Below are positions 23,693-34,400 of a stretch of 64,000 nt of DNA, one piece after another (the first letter of the stretch is position 1; each line of letters starts with the position of its first letter). This DNA is from Octopus sinensis. Taxonomy: Eukaryota. The translations under genes and the position numbers were made by a program. Under the pieces are notes generated by a model. That model had not been told where the DNA came from. It saw nothing but the letters and a program-made list of their open reading frames with translations, and did no database searches. The stretch covers positions 310,001 to 374,000 of the forward strand of contig NW_021831286.1 in NCBI RefSeq assembly GCF_006345805.1, in the 5' to 3' direction.

Positions 23693-26116
23693 ATGGTGAA
23701 TTGCGAATACTCAAGAGAAGAAATACTGAACAACCACAAATGTATTTTAGTTTGAATAACATGGAAATTAGACAACATAATCAAATATCGGCCAGTAGTC
23801 AACCAGTCACGTTTATTTAGCGTCTCACTTACACCCATCGAAGAACAAAGATTTCCAAATTTAACAAAAGACAAATCTGAAATTAAAATTTACTTATTTT
23901 TAAGAAATATAACAGTTTAATATGTTTCCCCAAATTCAAATCAGTTACAAACATGGCTGGACAACCCTCTCCAGCAGATCACCCCGAAGGATGTACTCCG
24001 CCACCACCCAATACTGGACCCAGAAATCCTCGAAATGTTCTCAAAAGTCTTTACATTTCTCGATCGTTACGGATTTGTCAATTTTGGACTATTTGAGACA
24101 ACTTCTCCCCCAGAAATAAATTGCGATAAATCCGTGGTCGTGATTGGCTGCGGAATTTCAGGAATTATCGCGGCAATTAAACTGCAGTCTCTTGGGATCA
24201 AAGTAGTCATCCTTGAAGCTAAGGTCCTCATTGTTAATGAAGTGAAGGATCGGGTTGGTGGAAGGATTTGGACTTATACTGCCCCTGACGGTCAACACGG
24301 TGATTTGGGAGGAATGATTTTGCTGGGACAGGGCGGAAACCCCCTGACAACGATAATCCGACAGATCGACAAAAAACTTATAATCCTTAAGGAGACTTGT
24401 CCTCTTTTTGACATTGACGGAACTCCAGTTGTCTTTGTTTTTGATTAATTTTTTAAGATCAGGAAATCTGATGACGATTATGCAGAAAAAGAGTTCAAAG
24501 AAATCTTGGATATGGCCTCTACGTTTTTCCACCAGGTGGAACCAGTTCCTGGTTTAGGACTAGGTGATGTAATAGATAGATTAGTAAAGTAATACAATTA
24601 ACTAATCGTTTTAGAACTAGAGAACTCGATCGGCAGAAAAAGAAATTAAAAATTTTGACCAAAGTTTTTCAAGGACTGAAGCAAATTCAGAAAATAAACC
24701 TAAAAGTAGTTTATTTAGTGTTATTTCGCAGTTGATTGAATTACGTAATTCAATTATGGAGTCTTACTATAAATTCAAGTCAGTTTCGAGTGGAAATACA
24801 ATAGTTCCCGAATTCCTAGTAAAGTATCTTCAATATGAACTTTCCAAGGCATGTTCTGTAAGTATTTCTCATATTTAATTGTGTTTTTATTCAATATTGA
24901 TTTCAAAATATCTTTTATCTAGAAATTTGACCAACTTGTTTGTCGGAGAGATAACATCCAAGATATTTTGAAAAAGCTGAGTTTAAGGTCAGATGTCATT
25001 CGAAATTCAACACAAAGTGGGGATGGCTCGTCCGCTTTGTTCCAGAGATTGTTGAATTGGCATTTTGCGGACATGGAATTCGCAAACTCGTGCCATTTTC
25101 GATTTTTGGGTGGTCGCCACTGGGATCAAGATGACGGAAATGAATTTCCCGGAAAGCATTTCACTTGTTTTTATCTAAAATTATATTTTAGTGGAAAATG
25201 GTATTTCGTCACTTGTAAATCCATTGGCTGACCCAATTAGAAGTCAAATAATATTCGAGGCAACTGTAAATGAAGTAATTTATAATGAAAATGGTTATTA
25301 TAATGATTTTTAATTTGGACTAGGAGTTGAAATTAAGTATTGCAATCGTTCGGAGTTGAAATCGGTAAAGGCAGACGCAGTACTCTGCACTGTCCCATTG
25401 GGAGTCCTCAAAAAGAGCATTGAAGGTGTTGGGATTAAATTTTATCCTCCTCTCCCAGAATGGAAAATTAAAGCAGTAGAAAACCTAAATTTTGGAGTTA
25501 TGAATAAAGTTTTTGTAAAATTAATTATTTTTAGGTCATTTTGTTTTTTGATGTATTTTTTTGGGATATCGCTTCCAATGCGATTGGGAAGCTTAACGAA
25601 TGTGCGACTACTCGAGGAGAGTTTTTCCAATTTTGGAATTTTGGACATCAAAAAGCCGTGATTGCCTTTGTGTCAGGGGAGGCTGCGGAAAATATCGAAC
25701 ATGTCGAGGACACAGTGACTGTTCAACGATGCCTTGAGGCTCTCAGAGGAATATTTCCTAGAACTAAAATTCCTCAGGTCTTCATTTAAGCTGTAATTTT
25801 AGCCTAAAAGCTATTTTATCACTCGATGGAAGTCCGATCCCCACGTCGGGGGGTCTTATTCGAGCGTGGGAGTGAATGGAAGTGGTTTTTCTATCTGAAT
25901 GTGGATATTCTAGGAGAGGATTACGATCTTCTCGCGGAATCGTTGGGATTTACTATAAAAAATGAAAACGTGGATTTTTCCTCTAAAGGTTGTCAGCGCC
26001 TTTATTTTGCCGGAGAACATACTATTGCTAATTATCCTGCAACAATTCATGGAGCTTTTCTTAGTGGTCTTAGAGAAGCTGGAAAAATCGCTGATAACTT
26101 TTTTGGTACACCATAA
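23693..26116 (+). CDS. KDM1A: Lysine-specific histone demethylase 1 (SWIRM + amine oxidase + tower)
   Basis: LQTWLDNP...[19 protein letters not shown]|[51 protein letters not shown]. Confidence 0.95.
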
Positions 26117-26600
26117 ATTTGTTATATTACTTTAAATCCGACAATAGTATCGTCATTTTGATCAAAGTGGAGTTTTTTGAGCCATTCCCACCATTCCCGT
26201 AGTCTCTTTTTTAGCTAAAACACTTTATTTTATCTAAACACTGAATGGTTTACAAGATAGGGGAAAGTTTAATTTGAATTAGTCGCCAAGCGAATGGATA
26301 GGCAATTTCTACGTAATATCGCGAACGATATCCGTTGGAAAAGTCATTTCGTTTCGCGACTGTCGTGATTCTTTCGAGATAATTGAACCAATCTCTGAGA
26401 TGAGTTTGAGAGCTTTTGGACCAATTACCGCACTATCTCCTTTTCGTCAAAACCGCCTGGAGTCGATAATTTTTCTGCTCATTTTTAAGCACATTATTGT
26501 CTTGGTTTCCTTTTTTAAAGCGTCCTTCTTTGATCGTTGACAGCCATCCTTTTCAATCCACCTATTTTTGTATTCAACCAGCATACTTTTTACTGTTTTC
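26070..26600 (-). CDS. Possible PH-domain-like gene convergent on KDM1A
   Basis: Fragments STIKEGRFKKG and EKEIVR|DWFNYLERIT resemble PH-domain ends. The splice model is not resolved. Confidence 0.25.
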
Positions 26601-26899
26601 TAACTACAATTTTATATGTGTTATGGGCAAAGTCATTAATCCTGGTAATTTATGTCCATTCCCGGGCATTAATGTTAATTTAATCTGGCAAACTCATTAT
26701 TTAATCTGATTCTCCCGTTATAAGTGTATAAAAAGTTAGATTTAGATGTCTGGATTTGAAATTCAAGAATCTCTTTGTACCAAAAATGCTACAAACTTAA
26801 AATTTAATCGAAAAATTAAATTTTTAATATTACTGAATATTACAATTTCTTACAAAAAATGGAGCAAATAAAAACAAAACTAACTAAAAAACTCCAAGA

Positions 26900-27152
26900 G
26901 AATATCAATGGCTACTTCATTATGATGAAGTACTTCCGTGTCCAGCTTGCACGACTTCGCTCGGGACATCATCCACTCTTTTTCGAAACACTCCGCACCC
27001 TCGCCCCTGAAGACCTTTTTTCCTGTCCTGGATCGCCTCACCAGTCGCCACCTATTGGGATTCGGGATCTCTGGGAGCGCCCGATCGCCGCTGTCCGCTA
27101 CCTGATTGCAGCCGGCTTCCCACATGCTAGAGAAGCCGGGGTAACTAACTAA
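26900..27152 (+). mobile_element. LINE ORF2 C-terminal fragment (jockey/I-like)
   Basis: LARLRSGHHPL...DLWERP motif. Confidence 0.65.
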
Positions 27153-27616
27153 CTTCATTATGATGTATTACAAATTTTAGAAATTAAAAGATTGATTGTG
27201 TCCGTATGAATGACTTTGCCGTAACATACATACCTCTTAGAATCTACTTTGAGAGTATTTAGATTATGCTCTTAAAAATTGCATACAATACCATTTCAAG
27301 TTTGTTTCAAAAGTTAAACATTGGGAATCAATGTTGTTTCATTGGCAAGCAAGTCGTATTTATGTATCTTTTTGACTTGAATTTGTTTTAATAATTGCTG
27401 ATTAGTGGTCCTACGTTCATTATAACTCAATCAAATTAAGATTCCATTAGATATTAGTGTATAAATTTTTATGGCGCGAGAAGCAAGCAATTTTTGTTCC
27501 TGAAAGAATTGTTTTAATTTACACACCTCCATTAACTATAGATATATTTTAACAAACATTATTATTATTATTTAAGCCAAAAACAGAATCACCGTCTTAA
27601 CCATTAACTAACGTGT

Positions 27617-28111
27617 TCAAATGATTCCGACACTTCTCAACAGTCGAGCCATCTTTTCACGATGTTCAGACCGTGACCCAACACACTTTCTGTATGTACG
27701 ATGAAATGTTTGTAGTCCATCTCCACGATCCCCTACGAGAGACTCCAGTGTTCGATGGACAATTTTCCTGTCGGTATGGTCCTTCAGTAGGTTTATAGAT
27801 TTTTCTTGGATTTTTTCGATTTTTAGTTGGTTCGTTGCCGCCAGGTTACAGCCCCAAGCAGCACATGCATAGCCTATTGTTGGCTCGATATACTGCTTGT
27901 AAAGGGTCTCTACCCCTGGCGGACAAGTTCTCCCACAGTTCCAAAGAAAGGCTTTCACAAAATTGATTTTCTTTATACAAGTTGACACGATCGATTCAAC
28001 ATGAGGTGAAAAACAGAGGAAAGTACCAAACGTTACACCCAATATCTTCTGTGTTTTCTTTTGTGGTATTGGGACTCCATTCAGCGTGACTTCAATAGTT
28101 TTCGTCCCCAT
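27617..28111 (-). mobile_element. LINE reverse-transcriptase thumb fragment
   Basis: KILGVTF...FSPHV...LYKQYIEPTIGYACAAWG...IEKIQ. Confidence 0.8.
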
Positions 28112-28399
28112 CTTCCTATTTTTTGTTAATAGAGTGACTGCTGACTTTTCGGAACATGCATGTAGTCTGTTTTCATATAGCCATCCATATAAGTCGTCCA
28201 GTATTCTTTGTAGTCTTTCCTTCGCGTATTCGACATTGATCCTGTATTATTTTAGCCAGCTTCAAAAGGTCACAATATATAATTTCACGAATTGCTTCTT
28301 TAAAGGGTAATTTAGTTAAAATATTTTATTTAAATTTTCACTCCTTTTTGTTGGAAATCTCTCTCCTGCTTTTAGGGGGAAAATGGAGGTTTGATTTTT

Positions 28400-28620
28400 T
28401 ATCTAATGCACTAAAATGGTATTTTACAGAAAATATTGCTGTAGTAATCGACAACGTAAAGTTCCATCATTCAAGTTGTGTAAAAGAATTGTGTGATGAA
28501 TTAAATTTTTTACATTCTTACTTGCCGCTGTTGAACCCAATTGAGAATCTTTTTTCTAAAATTAAATCTTATACAATCAAGGGAATCAACAAGACTTTAA
28601 TGTCCTCCGAGACTCCATAA
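28400..28620 (+). mobile_element. IS630/Tc1 DDE fragment
   Basis: VVIDNVKFHHS...YLPLLNPIENLFSKIK. Confidence 0.75.
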
Positions 28621-28984
28621 AAACTATACTTCTGTATTCGTTTCTAAATAAGCAATGGTCATAGCACTACTTTTAAAATTCATAAACTAGTTTTGAATAA
28701 AAATGAAATTCTCATTCTACAAATTTAAGTTGAAATTTCATGTTGGAAAGAGTTAGTCCTTATTTTGGCCACGTTGATGACGACGATGAGTCAATATTCG
28801 GGGTGTCCAGGTTGTTACAGAGCCATGGAAACGATTTAGTCATCAACAAAAACTAACACACCACAAATTTAGAGGCATGTGACTAAGGTTTTGCTTGTAC
28901 CAGCCACACAACTTTTTATGAGTAAAAGAGGAAACAAAAAAGTTAATTATCTTACTTGATTCCAAATTGTGACTTAGTCATCAG

Positions 28985-30985
28985 AGTTAAAGATATAATT
29001 AATTATTTTATTTAAATATTATAATATAATGGCCAACCAAATGTTCAACATACAAATAACTTGACCTTAATATTATTCAGGCCATGATATCCTTATTACT
29101 TTGTGAGTCATTTTTAGCTTGACTCATATAGTTTTCCACATAGTGAAGTCATCAGAAAATGACATGCCAAAGATTGACGATAGGTACCAGGTTGATGCAC
29201 AAATGGAGATCCAATCCGAGAATAGAACCATAGATTTAAAAGCAAGCTTTGATTCGTTCTCAGATTCTTCTATTATATCAGTAGATTCTGGTATAAAATA
29301 ACTAATCTACAACCATAGGGGAAACATATTTGTTACGTTCTCTAAAATATGGAAATATATACATTTTTCCGACGTCCTTTGATGGAGTCCCCAGAAAAAG
29401 ATGCAAAAAACTACTACAAATAGATAATTATAAAAGAATCTTTCCCATTATGACTAATTTTAAGGTTTTGTTAAGTTATATATATTTGCAAGAAAATGCC
29501 CGGGACCTATAAATGTCAGTCCGACAATAACGGTGACGTGGGCATAAATGGGCCTTGTTATGCTTGGAAAAGATCAATTGATTTTAATATTATTCATACC
29601 GATATATTATTCACGGACATGAATTTGATTCCAGTTAGATACGAGATTATATTTACAAAAATTATCAATGACCAAAAGAAGTTTATTCGTAAAAATATTC
29701 TCAAATATACAAACTATAAGCAAATCCCTACTGAAAAAACCGATAAGGATATTAAAAAACTGTTTCTGAGTATTATTCTCACTTGCCTCATGTACAGATT
29801 ATTGTCAGAATCAACACTTTCATGAGGGTCTTGCAGAGCACTATGATATTTGGAGAAAATTCCACGGAGGTTTTGAGGACAACGAAGATTCGTGGAAAGA
29901 AAAGGAGAGGAGTCTTGTTGAACTAAAGAGGTGATTTGGGTGATTTGAGTGGCCTAGATTAGTAGCTGAACATAACAAAAAGACTCGTTCTTACAAGCTG
30001 AGACTTAATGAACGAGGAATAAAGCACTGGTACAACCATGGAACAGGCCCTTCGAAAAGAGAATGTCATCTGGGAAAGAAAGGACATGATTTGATGAAAC
30101 AAGATTCAAAGAAATTTTCGGATTTCTTCAATAACAAAACGGTTCCAATTAATTTCAGTTGGTTGTCATCTGGTAATGACATTGAGTTGATTTGCAGATG
30201 CAGTGACACCTGTGAAAAATCAAGGGGCTTGCGGATCATGCTGGTCTTTTGCAACAACAGGAGTGTTTGAATCCCACTATTACATAAAGACCGGTCTTAA
30301 AATTGATTTCTCTGAACAACATTTGGTGGACTGTTCATGGAATCAAGAGAATCAAGGATGTTTCGGAGGATTGGACGTCGGATCTTATTCCTTCATAAAG
30401 AATTTTGGATTGGCCACCACTTCTGAGTATGGAAAATACAGAGGAGAGGTAAGTGACTATTCTTATTTGAAGGACAAGACTTGTAAACTCGGCCCTTTTA
30501 AACAATACATTAAATTTAAAACTTTCAAAAGAATTCTTCCAACAGAATACTCCATAATGAACGCACTCATTCAAAAAGGTAGCCTCGTCTTGCATGATAT
30601 TGTAAGGCCCCCTATCCATCGGAATTGATGCGAGTCCTTGGACCTTTGGCTTATATTTCGGTGGAGTATATTCAGATTTGAGATGCTGTTTTCTTAAACT
30701 GTTATTTCTTTAGCTTCTCGCATTCTGAACCACGCAGTTTTGCTGGTAGGATATGGAACAACAAATCATGGCTTGGATTACTGGCTTATAAAGAATTCTT
30801 GGGGAACTAACTGGGGGGATCATGGATATATCAAAATTTCGCGAAAAGAAAATCTTTGTGGAGTTATGAATCAAGTTACCTACCCAGAATTCGACGTCGT
30901 CGGCCATTAACTACTTATTCTTTAATCACACTAACAACCGGTTTTATTCTCTTATTTTGGAAAAATGGAATTTTATTTGTGTTTT
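28985..30985. repeat. Right arm of the ~2-kb inverted duplication (partner 14485-16492)
   Basis: See the left arm. Confidence 0.95.
29084..30910 (+). CDS. Cathepsin-L-like cysteine protease, 26/29-kDa (cfaD-type), copy B
   Basis: Nine 24-29 nt introns; [31 protein letters not shown]; the spliced frame is open to TAA at 30908-30910. Confidence 0.92.
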
Positions 30986-31106
30986 ATGTGATTTCAGTAA
31001 AAAATATAAAACGGTTCATATAGAAATTAGTCCAATAAAATGCAAGTTGTCATAAATCCTTGAAAAAAAAACTATTTGATAATAACTACAAGTTAATTAA
31101 TTAAAA

Positions 31107-31211
31107 GCTTCATGGGCGAGAAGCCGACGCGATCGAGAAAGAGTTAGAGCGTATCGCAAGGGATATCCGCTCGAAAAACCATCTCGATTCGCGGGCGTCG
31201 CCTGTGATAGC
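31107..31211 (+). ncRNA. Candidate structured RNA (GC-rich long hairpin), family unknown
   Basis: Three stacked helices pair by eye, and G-U pairs favour the + strand. No known snRNA/snoRNA/SRP motif was recognised. Confidence 0.3.
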
Positions 31212-31435
31212 AGACATTTAGCAAAAAAAATCCTTGAAACTTTAGATAATGTTATTTTACTGATTGATTAATACAATCATAATGAATTTTCACATCTCGA
31301 TTTATTAACTATTGTTTTTCTTTATTTTTGCATCAAATTCAGCTAATTAACAAAATATTTTTTGTTAATTATTTGATAAAGAGTGTTAAGTATTTTATTT
31401 TTATGATATATCCAAGTAACTAATTTAGTATTTGG

Positions 31436-34400
31436 ATGGAAGTATAAAAATATTGTGATATTTCCAGAGTTATACGACAAATTCTCAAACTTCTTTTTCT
31501 TTTCAATTAATAAAAGATGACGAGGAAATTGTAAATGAATCTCACAAAAAGTTTTACAGCAAAGATGTGGATTTTTACGACGAACAAAATGCAATTTATA
31601 AACATTTCTAATTACTAGGCAGAACTTAAACAAATTTTCGCAAAGCCCACATGCATAGTTGTTTTTGGTAAACCAGGATCAGGGAAAACGACGGTGACCA
31701 AAAAATTAGCGGCAGAGTGGAATTTAGAGCTTATTAATAGTTTGAATCAGGTGATGACAGTTTTTCAGCCACCCAAATTGTTAAAGAATACGTGGAATCC
31801 GAGAGCGATATAGGAAAGTCATTGAGTGAGATTTTACTTCGGGGTGGTCAGATTCCTTCAGAAATGGTCATAAACCTCCTAAAAATGAAACTGAAGTCTC
31901 CCGAAGTCAGCAATCTTGGTATTCATTTATTTAAATTTTTATTTTTAGGTTTTGTTTTAGACGATTTTCCAAATTTGGATGACGAATTTTTGACAATTCC
32001 TGAACAATTTGAAATTTTGAAAAACCTTGAGCTCAAACCTGATTACATAATCAATATAAAGGTATATGACAACTATTGACTAAAATTAGATCCCCGATGA
32101 CGATCTGCTCATTAGAAAGACCACTCAACGGATTGATTCTATAACAGGAAATCTATTCACAAACGAGTTTTTCAATCCGCGGCCAATTTTTGTCCCAAAA
32201 TATAAAATAATACAAAATAGATCGAAAAGAAGAACGACATCATTAAAGACGAAGAGGAAGAGGAGGTCTTCAACAATGCAATCAATTTTTAGCTCATTGA
32301 AGAGAACGAAGAAGAAGAGGAACCAGACACAGAAAGTCCAGCCACTATATTTCCCAGGTCGGTCGCTCGACCGGAAGATTTTTGCGAATTTGTGGCAAAA
32401 AAGATCACAAAATACAACCAATATGTTCTGCCATTGATTGAAGTACAAATATTTTTCACTTACGTTAAGAACTATTTTGAGGATTTTCTTCAACAGGATA
32501 TTCTCGAAATTGACGGAAACCGAACCATAGAAAATCTGACGGAAGTAACTATTCTATAATTATTTAGCAAATATATTTTTGGTTGGAGAACTTGTCTGTT
32601 TGTAAAGGTTTTTCCCCAATCCGTTTGTTCGGCGAAGACTCGGAAATTCCTTCGATTGATGATTCGGACGAGATCTTTAAATTCTTGGCTGGTTTCCAAA
32701 TTTTCTTAATATTTATAGGGAAATCAAAAGTAAGTCCTTGGTTTCCCTGGAGAAGAAGTCGCTATGGAGTGTATTGTCCAGTCTCACTTTCCCACGGGAA
32801 TTTGGTTAAGGGAAACGTCGAAAATGCAATGACGTATTTTACAACAATATATTCCCACAGATATATGGGAAAGATATACCTGTTCTACAACAAGGAATCC
32901 ATGGGAAATTTCTATTCGAATCCACGAAAATATTTACTGCCATCCTGTCTTCGCATCCCGTGCAAAATGTGGATTACTGGTCCTCCCTGTTCCGGAAAAA
33001 CAACAATTTGCAACTTGTTAGCCAAGCATTACGATGCTTCGGTTACTTTATGTTATTTTTCAAATTTTAGGTCGTTTCAATGCACGATCTGATTCAGAAT
33101 GAAAAAAACAAACAAAGAGACAAGGAAATTGAGGAAAAACGTGTTAAAATAACTGAAACATTGACTGCAAGTTTCCACAAAACCCTCTCAGCTACATTCG
33201 AAAGCGTGATTGCAAAATTAATAAGTTTCGGTCAATCATTTTAAGAGTTTTAGTAAAAAACGAAGAAAATGAGCAGTCGGGAGATGGAGAAAAATCACTC
33301 GACGGTTTTATTGATTTTGTATATCTTATATTAGAAAAAGTAGAAGACGAAGAATTGGAGGAAGAAAAAGTTGAGGAAGAAGAACAAGAAGATGGTTTTA
33401 ATAATACTTAACTTAAGGTGGAGAAACATCTAATGAAAATATAAATGAAACCCAAGGTATCTCAATTTGACTAAAATAATACAAATAGAATATTCACAAG
33501 AAGAATTAATGCTTAAGGACTTTTTGGGGATTGAAACATTCACAAATGATTTAATTGGGACATCTTTACCCCCTATTCACTCTGAATTTTCCCATTTAAA
33601 AGCTGAAATTGAGAAGGAGGTCGAAAAACTTAAAGATTTGGAAATCAACTTGGAGTCTGACTTACTACTAGAATTATTGCTCGAGGAGATTAAAAAGGCA
33701 AAGGCCGAACGAATAGACAAGAATCCTACCCACGAATAGTTTATCGTTGTTAAAAAATATAGTGACGGGAAATGGATCATCGACGATTTTCCACTCAGTG
33801 AAGAAATCGTCAATTCAATGTTTGAAAAAGGCTTTGTTCCCGATGAAATAATTTCGCTGGTAAACACCGAAGAAAACTACGATTTGTTATTTGAAGCAAA
33901 GTCAGCCTACCTTTAAATTAACGCAGAGAAAGCGACAGGCTTAAAGAAAAACTGCAAGCCTACGATAAATCGTGGCAAAAGTGTTATCCTCACATTCTCG
34001 CAGCATCTGCAATACAACCGCTGGCAGTAGACGTTTCTTCTAAACAAATTGAAAGTGTCCTGAATGAAATAACGACATATACGGAAAGTATTTAGTCTTT
34101 TTTACGTCTCTCAGGATACTTTAGACATAATTCCTGGATATACACTGCTCGGGAGATGGAAGAGGAGGCGGACGAGGACGATGACGTTATTTAATTCAGA
34201 TTTATTAGCAGGAAGAAGAAGCAGAGTTAAAAATCAACAAAATGAGACAATTTGGAGAATTAAAACATTTTTGTCCGATCGCCTTCAAAGACAATTTTGT
34301 TCTGTGCCCAGGAAATCCTGAAATTCCAGCCAAATTCAGGGACAAAATTTATTACTTCTCATCAGAAGAGGCTCGGGAGGTCTTTATGTCAAGTCCGGAA

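Noticed and set aside
3740-31436. Acceptor-like YAG a few nt before several start codons (DPH3, NDUFB4, annexin, cathepsins, AK9) as evidence of trans-splicing
   Set aside because: An AG within about 15 nt is expected roughly half the time by chance, and other genes (PRCC, MRPL50, KDM1A, Ig) lack it. Not significant without 5' end data.
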